A stretch of DNA of 64,000 nucleotides from Mobula hypostoma (lineage: Eukaryota): the NCBI RefSeq assembly GCF_963921235.1, contig NC_086097.1, positions 163,930,001 to 163,994,000 on the forward strand, given 5' to 3'. The translations under genes were made by a program, and so were the position numbers. Position 1 is the first letter of the stretch, and the number at the start of each line of letters is the position of its first letter. Positions 49,189 through 62,905 of this stretch are shown here, one piece after another. The notes under the pieces are model-generated. The model ran no database searches, was not told the DNA's origin, and worked only from the letters and a program-made list of their open reading frames with translations.

Positions 49189-50300
49189 AGAATCAGAATC
49201 AGAATCAGGTTTACTATGTTGTGAAAATTGTTAGCTTAGCAGCAACAGTACAATGCAATACATGATAATATAAAAAAAGATCAATGACAGTAAATGTATA
49301 TGCATATTAAATAGTTAGATTAAAAATAGTGCAAAACAGAAATAATATACATTAAAACATGAGGTAGTGTTCATGGGGCCAATGTCCATTTAGGAATCGT
49401 ACAGCAGAGGGGAAGAAGCTGTTCCTGTATCGCTGAGTGTGTGTGTCTTCAGGCCTCTGTACCTCATTCCCAATGGTAACAAGGAAAAGAGGGCATGTCC
49501 TGGGTGATTGGGGTCTTTAATAATGGGCGCTGCCCTTCTGAGGCTCCGCTCCTTGAAGATGTCTTGGATACTATAGAGGCTAGTACCCATGATGGAGCCA
49601 ACTAATTTTACAGCTTTCTGTAGCTTCTTTCAGTCCTTTGCAGAAGCCCTCTGATACCAGACAGTGATGCAGCCTGTCAGAATTCTCTCCATAGTACATC
49701 TATAGAAGTTTTTGAGTGTTTTGTTGATAATCCAAATCTCTTCCAACTCCTAATAAAATATAACCACTGTCTTGTCATCTTTATAGCTATATCAATATGT
49801 TGGGACAAGGTTAGAGCCTTAGAGATCTTGACAGTTAGAAACTTGAAATTGCTCTCTCTCTCCACTTCTGATCCCTCTATGAGAAATGGTTTATGCTCCT
49901 CCGTCTTACCTTTCCTGAAGTCCACAATCAGCTCTTTCATCTTACTAGCATTTAGTGCAAGGTTGTTGCTGTGACACCACTCAACTAGCTGGTATATCTC
50001 AACCAGTACACCCTCTCATCTCCATCTGAGATTTTACCAACAATGGTTGTATCATCAGCAAATTTATAGATGGCATTTGAGCTATGCCTAACCACACAGT
50101 CACGTGTATAGAGAGAGTAGAGCAGTGGGCTAAGCACACACCCCGAGGTGCACCAGAATTGATCATCAGTAAAGAGGAGATATTATCACCAATCCACAAT
50201 ATTGTGGTCTTCTGGTTAGGAAGTTGAGGATCCAATTGTAGAGGGAGGTACAGCAGCCCAGGTTCTGTAGCTTCTCAATCAGGACTGTGGGAATGATGGT
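49189..50300 (-). mobile_element. Rex1/Babar-type LINE, RT and 3' end
   Basis: KELIVDFRKGK..VERESNFKFL; INSGAPRG; (TCAGAA)n tail on the + strand. Confidence 0.88.
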
Positions 50301-51634
50301 GACGCTGAAGATCACATTCACACCCAATCCTCATAACCCTTGAGTCACATTATGATTGAGGAAACATCTATCTCAAGTTTGAATATATTTTAGTATTAAG
50401 CCACTGCACTTTCAGAAACAAGCAATTGCAAAGAACTGCAGCACTTTGAGAAGAGAAATTCTTCTTCATTTCAGTTGTAAATCAACACGCCTTATTCTAG
50501 TAGAAAGTGCGGATAAACAATAAATTGCAAGATTATAATGAAGTAGGTTGTGAGGTCATGAATCCTTTTTACCATTCAAGAGTGTTATAACAGCAGTATA
50601 GAAGCTGTGCCTGAGCCTGGTGGTACTTGTTTTCAGGCTTTTTTTTTTTATCATTTGCTCGATGGGAGAGGGAAGAAGTCAGAATGTCTGGGGTGCATGG
50701 TCTCTTTGATTATGTTGGCTGCTTTACTGAAGTGGAAGAAATCCATAGAGAAATGTTATGGTATTCCCTGTCTGCAAAGCTCTAAACTCAAAAGAAGACT
50801 TTATATCGATATGGATATTTACAGATACACTCAGGTTACCCGTAGTACAGTATCCACCTAGTCTTAAAAACTAAATTACTTCCTGTCTATCATCCATAGC
50901 AAGGTTTAGCTGCCAACACCCATTGCTTGAGTGGTGGGTCCACCCTCCCTACTAAAGAAGAGTTACTTCCATCAACAAAGTAGATTAAACTGAGTTTATT
51001 TTACTTTTAATGATAACACTTTTAAATTCAGACAAATAATTCTTAACACATATTTAACATTCACAGCGGATTTCTAATTTACAAAAGATTTCTGAACTTG
51101 AAAAATTTTAAAAACTACAGAAGACTTCCAAACACAGGTACAACTCTTACAAACTAGAAGAACACATGGACTACTTGTAGACAAATGATTCATACATTGC
51201 AGAAACCGAAGGTTGGGGAATAAACTCCAGCTCTTTTTTCTTTCATTGTCCTGTCATTTCTAATAATCCTGCCCACCCCCAGTCCTTCCAATATTTCTAC
51301 TATTTTCTACCAAATGACATCATCTGCATGTGATATTTTCCAGATACCTTTGCTGGGACAAAAAAACTCACACAAATAGTCTTAAAAGCTTCTGGCACTA
51401 GAGATCCCCAACATCCACAATTAATGATGTGAGGGCTGACCACCCTCCCCCCAAAGTACACAAACATCCCAACTTGTAACCGTGTTTGATGTGCTAGGTG
51501 ACATAACCTGGCCACTTTTCTTTGCGAAGCTGTGACTTTAGTGACAAACTGGTTCCTCCTTGCAATTTCCATTAAGAAATGGGGACTGGTTCTTAAAACA
51601 AAAAGCTCAGAAAAGGATATTTGTTAAAGTTTAA

Positions 51635-51912
51635 CTTTATATCTTTTATTGAGATACAGCACAGAGTAATCCTTTCTGGCTCTTCGAACCACGCTGCCCA
51701 ATTTAATCCTAGCCTAATCATGAGGCACTTTACAATGACCAATTAACCTACCAACCAATACATTTTTGGACTGGGGAGGAAACCAGAGAACCCTGAGGAA
51801 ACCCACACATCACAGGAAGAACGTACAAATTCCTTACAGGCAGCGGCAGGAATTGAATTCACACCATCTGTACTGTAAAGCTTTGTGCTAACTATTATGC
51901 TACCATGCTGTC
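51635..51912 (-). mobile_element. tRNA-derived V-SINE-like element
   Basis: The - strand has A/B-box-like head elements, then gaatttgtacgttcttcctgtgatgtgtgggtttcctc..ggtttcctcccc..ggtaggttaattggtcattgtaaa (V-domain-like). Confidence 0.65.
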
Positions 51913-53179
51913 CCAAAATAAATTTAACAACAACTGATGCTTTGGAAAGTTCATATAACTACGCTAGAAAGTTGAATGTAGCAATAAGCCTCTTAAGCCC
52001 TGGAAAGTGAATATCCATCACAGGAGAGTTTGGTTTCCATGATGTACAGAGGGTTATTCCCTGGCCGAGTTCTCTGGTCCTATCACAAACGAGAAAATCT
52101 GCAGATGCTGGAAATCCAAGCACCGAAAAGTCGACTGTACTCTTTTCCATAGATGCTGCCTGGCTTGCTGAGTTCCTCCAGCATTTTGTGTGTGTTCCTC
52201 TCATCCTACGTTTGTTCAGGAGTACTCTGAGCATTTATTCTGTCAAGCTTCCAAAGCAACTCATCATCTTCAAGATTCATCTAAACTGTACTGAATGGAA
52301 GCCCAACCTGTTCAATTTTACCTTATAAGAATATCCCTCCCTTCTTGGAATCTTTCCAGTGAGCCTTCTCCGAACTGTCTCCAATGATAATCTGTTTTTT
52401 CCAAAGGGATTAAACTAGACTTCACTCATGCCTATACAATTGTAGTAAGAATTCCCTTCCTCTATGCTACAATATCTTGAAGTAAAGGCCAGGGGGTCCA
52501 TTAGCCTGCTGCATGGTATTCTAGTTTTATGTGTATTATGTACAAGGCTCAAAATAAAACCTTTGTGTTGCAGCTTTCAGATATATTATCACTGACATGC
52601 ATTGTGAAATTTGTTTTTTTGGCGGCTGTAGTGCATTTTCTTCCATTTACCAACCTTTCATCCAACCTTGCTTGTGTGTGTCATTCTCACAGCTTGCCTT
52701 TCCCTTACCTTTGTATCAGCTATAAATTTGGGAGCAGTTCATTTAGTTCCTTCCTCTAAATTACTCAACAGTGTATATTCCAGCCAGAGCCACTGTTGCA
52801 CATTGTCATCCTCAAAGCAGTCTCCTCATCCCTACTCTTTGGTCCCTGTCTTTTTCCCATTACCATGAGCTCTCATCTTGCAAAGTGACCTTTTGTGTAG
52901 CCTTTTAAAAACTTTTGAAAATCCAAATGTAATTATATTTTCCGCTTTCTCGCTATCAACTTCCCCTCTGTCTACTCTGGGTGATACTTCCTAATATATT
53001 TGATCTAAGTTTCTCTTTCAGGAAGGAATGCTTTGGCTTTCTAAAGGTTCTGCTATTGCATCCTTAATAAATTATTCTAAATCTTCTCCAATAATACGAA
53101 TTGCTTCCTGCCATTTTTGAATCAAGGTATGGCATTGCTGGTTTTCCAGTAACCAGAAACGGCCATTGCCTTGCACTAC

Positions 53180-53490
53180 ACATGTAGTGCAAGGAATCCT
53201 ACAGCTCCACAGACCTGGGGTTGATCCTGATATCAGGCGCTGTCTGGGTGGAGTTTGTATGTTCTGTTATTGACTGCAGAGTGTGCGTTTTGGATGTTCT
53301 GATCTCCTCACACATCCCGAGAAGTGTCAGTAAATAGGTTAATTGGCTCATGTAAATTCCCCCTGGTGTAGGTGAATGTCAGGAGAGTCAGGGGAGAGTT
53401 AATGGGGCAGACAGATATGGGAGAATTGGGTTAATAGGATGAAACTGAGACCCAGCAAGGTCTCAGTTGGTTGAATAGTCTCCATATAAG
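53180..53490 (+). mobile_element. Decayed V-SINE-like element
   Basis: gacctggggttgatcctga..tgtctgggtggagtttgtatgttct..aggttaattggc. Confidence 0.55.
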
Positions 53491-56400
53491 ATATGTTGTA
53501 AGCAAATAAACAAAATGAAGATGGAATTGTATACTAAAGTTATCAAAGGGAGTCTCCCTATTTAACCTAATGATGGAGGAGTTCATTGATAAAAACAACT
53601 GAAAGTAGTTGGGTCCAGACTTCCAGGGCCTGGGAGGATTGGTCTCTAGCAGCCACAGGTATGTTTCCAGCCAATGAGATATCTCATTTGACTCTAAGGA
53701 CAGGTTAACAGTGGCTTCTTGATGCTAGAGACAGAAAGACAGAGAGTCAGAGAGCAAAACAGTATGGAAACAGGTCCTTCAGCCCAAATCATCCGTGCTG
53801 ACAATGGTGCTCGTCCCAAGCTAGTTCCATCGGTTCGTATTTGACCCACATCCCTGTATACACCCCCCCTCCGCCCCCGCACACATGCACGCACGCACAC
53901 ACAATTCATGAACTAGCATAAGTGTCTTTTAGAGTCATAGAGCGATACAGGTCTTCAACCCACTGAGTCCATGCTGATCACAGTGCCCATCTGGTGGTCT
54001 CAACTTTCTGCATTTGGCCCATATCCCTCATAGTCTTGCCCCTCCATTTAGTTATCTAAGTGCTTCTTAAGTGATTTTATTGTACCTACCTCAATCACTT
54101 CCTTTGACAGCTCATTCCATGTACTCACCACTCTCTGCATGAAAAGTTTCAAAGTTCAAAGTAAATTTTATTATCAAATTACATATATGTCACCATATAC
54201 AATGCTGCCTGAGATTGGTTTTCCTGTGGGCATACTCAGCAAATCTATAGAATAGTAAATAGAACAGGATCAAAGAAAGATCAACCAGAGTGCAGAAGGC
54301 AACAAACTATGCAAATGCAGGTATAAATAAATAGCAAATATTAGCAAGAACATGCGATAATGAGATAAAGAGTCCTTAAAAGTGAGACCATTGGTTGTGG
54401 GAACATTTCAATGATGGGGCGAGTGAGTGTATTCAAGGTCCTGATGATTGAGGGGTAGTTACTGTTGTTGAACCTGGTGGTGCAAGTCCTGAGGCTGCCA
54501 CTCAGGTCCTTTTTAAATCTTACCTCTCTCACCCTAAACCTATGCCCCCTAGTTATGGACTCCCCTGCCCTGGTGAAAAGACTGTTACCATCCACCTTAT
54601 CTTATGTTGGTTTGATTTTCCAAAGTGCAACATCTCACATTATCTATATTGAAATCCATTTAACACACCTCAGTTCAATTCCCTAACTGATCAAATCACC
54701 TGTAACCTATGATAACCTTCTTCACTATCCCTAACATGAAGTTCATTTCGTCTCCAAACTTACTGATCAAGCTTTGTACATTTGCATCCAGTTTATTCCT
54801 AGAAATAATGAATAACAAGGGTCTCAGCAGCAAACCCTATGGGGGTAATCACACCACTAGTCAAATATTGTTATTGTTACTACACTCAATCACTACCCTG
54901 ATGCTTATACTAAGGCTTTAATGAGATCAGGAGCCAAATGATCCAAGTATAGCACAATTTGAGATCGCAAATAAGTACCTAAGGACAGGCGGAAGGAATG
55001 ATAATTGGTTAGATTAGATTTGTCTTTCTTTGTCAAAGGAGCGACCGGGGAAATTTCCCATATTGTCGAATAGATGCCATTGTTGCACGGGAACGATTCC
55101 CTTGTTTATCTATAAAATTGAACTCACTCTTCTGGAGAACAATTGATTCAGTGTCAGGCGATTTGAGTCTTTCTGAGCATTTTGAATTGTGAGATAAAGA
55201 GATGCTATTTTGTCAATGAAGTCCTCACTCTAAACTGGCAGTGAGAATTTCAGGGGTTATGTCAGGAAGCACTTCTTTGTACAAAAGGCATTGGGGATAT
55301 GGAACTCTGTGTCCTGACAGTCTATGCATTCTTAGTCAATTAAACATTTCAAAGTAGAGATTGACAGATTTATTTTGAACAAAGAAGAGTACAGGACAAT
55401 GTATGTCTGTGCAATCGTGAGGTCAAATTAAACTAATCCCATCTGCCTGTACATGATTCCAATTCCTCCTTTCCTTCGTCTTTGTGTGTCTGTGTGAATG
55501 CCTTTTAAACGTAGGTTAAGGCATTATGTGAAGTGAAATCAAATTAGATAAATAGAGTTAAGATTCTGATCATTAATGATCTAATGAAGTAGCAGAAGCC
55601 ACTTGACGACATGAATCTTACAATGTTCCACTTAATGTAAATTAAGTGGAGACAAATTATAAACTTGTATGGTATATGTTGGTCTTACAGAGACAGCACC
55701 ATTAAATAAACCATTGAATCCGGAAAGCACTGTAACATAAAAGTGGTATGTGAAGCCCTGTTAAGACCTTGCCAGAATTACTAATTCCAACTATTTCGTA
55801 GATTTAATCTGTTTGACAGCAAATTCTGACCAAATTTCCTTGTAGAGATCTTAACAGTCAGTAAAATTACAAAGACATGAACATGCCAACAGGTAGTAGG
55901 AGCAGAGGACTTTTCCCCTCACACTTGCTCTATCCAGTAAAGCTCTGGGATTCTCTTATCAGACCATTTGGAAATCCCATTAGTTTGGCGTCTGGCTCAT
56001 CAGGTGATGGTTTGCAGTTCCCATTCACCTACACTCCAGTTCTCACAGTCCCCCGTCCACTCACTGGGGCCTCGATTTACACAGTTCCCTTTCAGCTCAC
56101 CTGATTCCGTTGCGTGCTTTCTCGAAACATATCAGCTTCACCAAAATTTTAATGTGTAATGTTGCTTCAAAGAAGAGAATAGTCCAACACCAGCAAATTC
56201 TGATTATGCCTGATTAGGAGTCTTACAGCATGGAAGTCGGCCCTCTGGCCCAACTGATTAATGCTGACAAAGATTACCATATAAGCTAGTCTAATTTACC
56301 CACATTTGGCCTATATCCCTCCAATTCCTGTCCAAGTATCTTTTGAATGCTGTTAAATGTACCTGCTTCAACCACCTCCTCTGACAATTTATTGCATATG

Positions 56401-57318
56401 CTGACCACTTGGTAACCTTAACAGAGTTTTACTGTAGTAAGATCGTTGTTGATCTGGTTGTAACTTCAGCTCTGCATTCTACTACATCTGGTGACTTTAC
56501 AAATCCCTGCTTAATTGCAAATTTAAATGCACCAGTCTTAAAAATATTCAAAGACTACTTCCACCACTCTTCGTGGGAGAAATTTCCAAACTCTCACAAT
56601 CCTCTGAAACTTGTTATAAAAGCTAGAATTTTTACATTTCAATATAGGCACCATTTTAGTAAGGAAATCCATTATCCTTCAACGTAAACTAATTTCTCTG
56701 AATCAGAAGAGCAACAATGAAAACCATGAAGTCTCACTAACTTGGAAGTTCACGATCTCAGAGATATCCTTTTCTCATGATTCCCTGTAGCGCTTTTAAC
56801 TCTTTTCTTCTACAGCTTTTCTTTGCTTGGTTTATTTCTCTTGCTCCATCTGATTGTATGCTAATTCACTCTATTTCAGAAATTTGGAAACTGCCTGGAA
56901 TTCAGGGAACAATTCTTTTTCTCCCACTGATGCTGCTCGACCCACTGGGTTTCTCCAGCAGATTTTTTGTTGCTCCAGATTCCAGCTGTCTTTTGTCTTT
57001 ATTCTGCTTCATTCTCTGTTGCCCTTCGCTTATTTTCTAATGGCCTGATCAGAATCAGAATCAGGTTTAATATCACAGGCATATGTTGTGAAATTTGTTG
57101 TTAAGTGGCAGCAGAGTGATGTAATACGTAATATTAAAGACTGTGAATTACAGTAAGTATGTACATACATGAATGGGTATATATTTTTTCTTACGCCTGA
57201 CGGGTGGTATGTATTTGTATTTTTCCATCAATGTCGGATCCTCTACCAACGGTCTCGGAGCTTGAAGGTTTCAGCGCAGTATCCTTGTTGTTCCTGGCAG
57301 TGTGCTCTTCTGGACCGA

Positions 57319-58228
57319 GATCAGAATCAGAATCAGGTTTATTATCACTGGCACGTGTCGTGAAATTTGTTAACTTAGCAGCAGCAGCAGTTCAATACAG
57401 TACATGGTAATATAGAAAGAGAAAAAAACATAAATAAATCAATTACTGTAAGTATATATCTATATGTATATTGAATAGATTAAAAATAATGCAAATACAA
57501 AAATAATACATTACAAAAAGTGAGATAGTGTTCATGGGTTCAATGTCCATTTAGAATCATATGACAGAGGAGAAGAAGCTGTTCCTGATTCAGTAAGTGT
57601 GTACCTTCAGGCGTTGTTACCTCCTCCCTGACAGTAACAATGAGAAGAGGGCATATCCTGGGTGATGGTAGTCCTTAATAATACATGTTGTCTTTCTGAA
57701 CCACCACTCCTTGAAGATGTCTTGGGTACTATGGAGACTGTACCCAAGATGGAACTGGCTAATTTTACAACTTTCTGTAGCTTCTTTCAGTCCTGTGCAG
57801 TAGGCCCCCCCTTCACCCTGCCCCCATTCCAGACAGTGATGCAGCCTGTCAGAATGCTGTCTATAGAAGTTCTTGAGTGTTTTAGTTGACAAACCGAATC
57901 TCTTCAAATTCCTAATGAAATATAGCTGCTGTCTTGCCTTCTCTATAGTTGCATTGGTATTTGGAACCAGGTTAGATCCTCAGAGATCTTGAACTTGAAG
58001 CTGCTCACTCTCTCCATTTCTGATTCCTCTGTGAATATTGGGTTGTATTCCCTGTCCTACCCTTCATGAAGTCCACAATCAGCTCTTTCATCTTACTGAC
58101 ATTGAGTGCAAGGCTGCTGCAGTGACACCAATCAACTAGCTAGTATATCTCGCTCCTGTATGCCTTCTCATCTTGATCTGAGTTTCTACCAGCAACAGTT
58201 GTATCATCAGTAAATTTCTTGATGGTCT
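57319..58228 (-). mobile_element. Rex1/Babar-type LINE, 3' part
   Basis: (TCAGAA)n tail; KRFGLSTKTLKNFYR; closely similar to 49189-50070. Confidence 0.85.
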
Positions 58229-58229
58229 T

Positions 58230-59495
58230 TGAGCTGGATTTGTTGGAGCCACTCTCCCAGTCCACATGTCACAGCTCCAAGTGCTCCTATCACCACCAGG
58301 ATTACTCTGGCTTTAACCTTCCACATCTTTTCCAATCTGCTCTTTCAAGCTCTGATATTTCTCCAGCTTCTCGTTTTCTTTCTTCCTGATGTTCCTGTCA
58401 TTGAGGATTGCCACTTCAATTACTATTGCTTTCTTCTGTTCCTTGTCCAATATTTCAATGTCCGGTTTATTGGTCAATCCCTGCTTATCAGTCTATATTT
58501 GAAAGTCCCACATGATATTAGCTCTGTCATTCTCCACTACCTTCTCTGGTATTTTTACTACCTCCATGTATTGTTAGTAGTTTCCGGGTCTTGATGTCAG
58601 TGGCCTCCAGTTCATTCCTTGGCTAGCACACTATTATGACTGGATATCTGATGACTGATAGGATGAATATGTTGATGGCTCTGATCTTGTTTTTTCCATT
58701 CAGCTGTCTTTTTAGGACCTGCCTCACTCTTTGGAGGTACTTGGATGTAGCAGCATTCATTGTGCCTTCATGGCTCATACAGCTTGATGTCATCCATTGT
58801 ACAAACGTACATAAGGTGGCTGATGGCCACTCAACTCTTGAACCTGTACCCATATCCACTCCTAGAGATAATTTTACTGAGGATGTTCAAGCCTATGCAG
58901 AACAGCAGTGGGGATAGTGCATTACCTTGGTATATTCCGCATCTGATGGTCAATTGTGCTACTGGCTTTGAGTGAACTTCTAACATTGTTCTCCAACAGC
59001 CCTTGATGAAGATTCTTAGTGTCTTGTTGACATTGTAGAAGGACAGGCATTCCAGGTAGTCATTGAGTCAAATGCTTTCTGGTATTTAATCAGGCTGTGC
59101 TTAGGTTGGTGTGCCTGGTATTTCTGTTTTGCATGTCTGCTTTATCTACCAGTAGTTGGTGCTTGGAGCAATTATGAATCCTCCTCTGAGCAGGGCTCAG
59201 GAATTTACACACATGTTCCTTCAGCCTGGTGGCTATGATGCCTGATAGGAGCTTCCATGTTGTTGATAGGCAGGCTACAGACCAGTAGTTTATAGTGTTG
59301 ATCCTTTATGAGGATTCTTCATCATGAATACTGTCCTTCCTTGAGTTAGTCAATCAGGATGGGAGCTGCAGGCAGCAGGTTCATTTGAGCTGCAAGCCAT
59401 GTATGTAATGCTGTTAGTTTCTTCAGCCAACAGGTATGGAGTATGTCAGGCCCTGGTGATGTACAGTTCTTCATACTTGCTTCCCGTTGTTGGGC
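58230..59495 (-). mobile_element. Internally deleted R4/Dong/Rex6-clade LINE (RT plus restriction-like endonuclease)
   Basis: GIYQGNALSPLLFCIGLN; YLQRVRQVLKRQLNGKNKIRAIN; RLE-like region VVENDRANIMWDFQI*TDKQGLTNKPDIEILDKEQKKAIVIEVA. Confidence 0.78.
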
Positions 59496-59559
59496 ATCTA
59501 CTGCTCTATATACTGTGTATGTGTAAATGTATATGTGGGTATGGATATGTACTGTATAT

Positions 59560-59576
59560 GTATGTACGTTTATGTA

Positions 59577-59614
<38 letters not shown>
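59560..59614. repeat. Compound (TG)n(TA)n microsatellite
   Basis: tatgtgtgtgtgtgtgtgtatatatatatatatatatat seen directly. Confidence 0.9.
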
Positions 59615-59615
<1 letters not shown>

Positions 59616-62445
59616 TTAAATTAAATAAGTAGTTTAAAAAAAGTCGAGGTAGTTTTCATGGATTCAATGTGCAATTCAGAAATATGCTGGCAGAGGGGAA
59701 GAGATTTCATTGGTTAGGTAAATTGATGGTCCCATCAATCATTGTGCCACAGGATGCCCCATTGCCCTTTCCATGCCACTTCCAACTTGCGCTCTCAAAA
59801 ACTTACAGGACAAAATATTTCACAGCTGATGGGTGACAGGTCAAATCTAACTAATAGGCATTATTGCAGGATGGCCAGCTCCATTATCTGATGGGCCTAT
59901 ATTTCTGAAGTGTAAAGCTACAGTCTTATCCTTAAAATAAGATGTAAATACTTTAAATAGGGGCAATACATGCCAATTATACTTAAATCCACAGGTGACA
60001 TTCAGCATCCGCTGGCCTGGGGTCATTTGTAGAAAGGAGTAAGAATTAGAAATAGAATCAGAAGAGGGTTATTTTTCCTGACAGATATCACGAAATTTGT
60101 TGTTTTGTGGCAGCAGTACAGTTCAAGAAATTAAAATTGCTACATGTTAGAATAATAAATAAATATGGCAAAAGAGATATAGGCAGGTGGAGTTTATGGG
60201 TTCTTAGACTGTTCAGAAATCTGATGGTAGAGGGGAAGAATACAGAGGAACCCTGCTTTCAGAATCTATAAATCTACCATGTGGAGAGAACTAACAATGA
60301 AGTATGACTAACACTATGCTACCATTGCAAGGTAGAATTCAAGACAGTAATCGTCAAGCCCACAATGATATTTCATCAGACAGAAGATATAGCCTGCACC
60401 ACTTTCAAAGCATCTCTCCCCGTGCAGTGTTAACCCTTGCAGGCCTCATGGACTCTCTGAATCAGAATCTCCACCCAGGAACTTGAAGCTCTGAATGGAA
60501 TGGGCAGCTTTACTGTAAATTATGGCATCATGCCATAGACATGCACACATCAGAGTGTACTCAAGCTATTCACATTTTTTACATGCAGTGTCCTTAGAGC
60601 TGAGAATGGCACATAAAATGTTACATCCCACAATTCTGACACTGATTGACTCCAGATTCCAGGAGTGAAGGACACAGTAACAAACCATTGTGTTGGGGCT
60701 AGTTTTGTATTTGTTATAAAGTGAGGACACATTTTATCTCTCTTTGGAATCTTCCACAGTTTTACAGCAGGCAGACAGGCTGATTGGTTCAAACTCTAGT
60801 GGGATTATAGTGTACGTTGGTAGATTTGAATTGCATTTGACGTGTGTTGATAATGAGTCTTGCAAATGACAATGCATTGACTGTAGGCTCAACTCATCTC
60901 TCTAGGCTCTTTCTTGGACCTTTTTGCACAAGGAGAAACCTTGCCTTACAACACTTACAGATCCCAAAGGAAATAATTGGAACCTTGGAGCTAGTGTGGA
61001 AAAGGTCACAAGTCAAATCTATGGATGGGGGTCAGAGAAGGACAGGACTGATTACTCTTTCAACCCGAAAGACTAACAGAGGATCTTGTTGGAGTGTGTA
61101 TAGAACTGACTGAAATTAAAATTGTATGTCTTGGGTATTACTTTGGGCTGGGGGTGGGGGAGGCTCTGTAGATATATACACAAGTCCAGGACTGTTAGCA
61201 GGAAGCAACTCCCCAGAGTGCCAATTCTCCTCTGCCCCTGAAAACTTATGATCTTACAGATTCATATATAAAAGTAAGAACTTTGGTCCGTTGAGAAAGC
61301 TTTTTATGGAAGTTTGCTTTTGTTGTCTGTGGTTGTGAAACTCAATTGTACTGTTGGAATGCTCTCACTGAAATATTGAGCATAAAATGCTGAAGGAGAG
61401 TGTGGAGAGGAGGTAGGGCAATGGGTCTGAAGTGGGAGATTTCTACTTACATTTATACCCACAAATAATTTATTTCTTTATCCATACTGAAGTGGAAATG
61501 CTTAAATGGAACTGATAATTGATCTCTAACCCAGCCTACATGTACCTAGGTTCAAATTACAGTTTATAAGTTATAATCTTTTTAATCTATAGACCTTTGC
61601 ACAAGTTGTGGTGTAAAGTTAGTTCATCATCCATGACGATGAGCACCGTTTTGAAGTACTGGATGAGATTCTGTCATATCAAATTCCTTCCTTTACTCCC
61701 ATCCTCCCCTCCTCCCCACCCCACCCCTTGCAATACACCCAGTTATTGCTTATTAAATTTTGCAGAATAGACAGTCATCTCCAATGAATGCAAAAATGGG
61801 ACATAACATCAGCAGCATTGCATCTGCTCCATGTTTCCCCTCTCATACTATATGTGTAAGGAAGCGGAGCATTTCTTCACACCATTGCTCCATCTCTTCC
61901 TCGTCCCTAAGCAAATCCGCTGATATTAGAACTATAGCAAATTGTAAGTACATTTAGGGTCCACCATCCAGGAAGACAGGTGCTTCAACACTTGTGCAAC
62001 ATATGACTTTGTCCAAATTACTTCCATGGGCAGCCAATAAAAAAATTACTGACTGGATCTACTCCGCTGCGTTTCTGTGGCTGGCAAGTTATCAGGTGGT
62101 CACCTGCTTGTTTAGTTACTGTACATCTGAGCACATTGGTGTCGTAAGTGTTGTAACACTCCATGGTGCTACACACTAAAGCCCGAATTCACCAGTTATT
62201 TACTCAGAGCATCCAATCTAATTTTAATTTGTTGTGTTTCTGCAGGAATGCCTTTCAGGTATTTTGGATGTGTGAGTTATTGGTCCTCTCTGTTTGTCTT
62301 TTGCTTGTGGGCTGGATTTTAACCAGGAGGCAAGTTCTCTGTGTGAGGGTGCTGCTGATTTTCTTCTGCAGTGAGGATGTGAATCTGGAAAAGCAGGCTC
62401 AACAAATAGCCTTCCAAATTTTATCTGTAAGGTATTCCCTCATAA

Positions 62446-62905
62446 TTGATTCCTGGGATGGCAGGACTTTCATATGATGAAAGACTGGATCAACTAGGCT
62501 TATACTTGTTGGAATTTAGAAGATTGAGGGAGGATCTTATTGAAATGTATAAAATCCTAAAGGGATTGGACAGGCTAGATGCAGGAAGATTGTTCCCGAT
62601 GTTGGGGAAGTCCAGAACGAGGGGTCACAGTTTGAGGATAAAGGGGAAGCCTTTTAGGACCGAGATTAGGAAAAACTTCTTCACACAGAGAGTGGTGAAT
62701 CTGTGGAATTCTCTGCCACAGGAAACAGTTGAGGCCAGTTCATTGGCTATACTTAAGAAGGAATTAGATATGGCCCTTGTGGCTAAAGGGATCAGCAGGT
62801 ATGGAGGGTATCCAGGGTTCTGAGTTGGATGATCAGCCATGATCATTCTGAATGGCGGTGCAGGCTCGAAGGGCCGAATAGCCTACTCCTGCACCTATTT
62901 TCTAT
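62446..62905 (+). mobile_element. CR1 3'-end fragment, same young family as 5132-6960
   Basis: Near-identical to 6488-6952 (IPGMAGLSYDERLD..VVNLWNSLPQETVEASSLAI). Confidence 0.92.

Noticed and set aside
50860..51546. Possible solo LTR
   Set aside because: It has a GTGACA end and an LTR-like composition, but I could not define the other terminus or a TSD.
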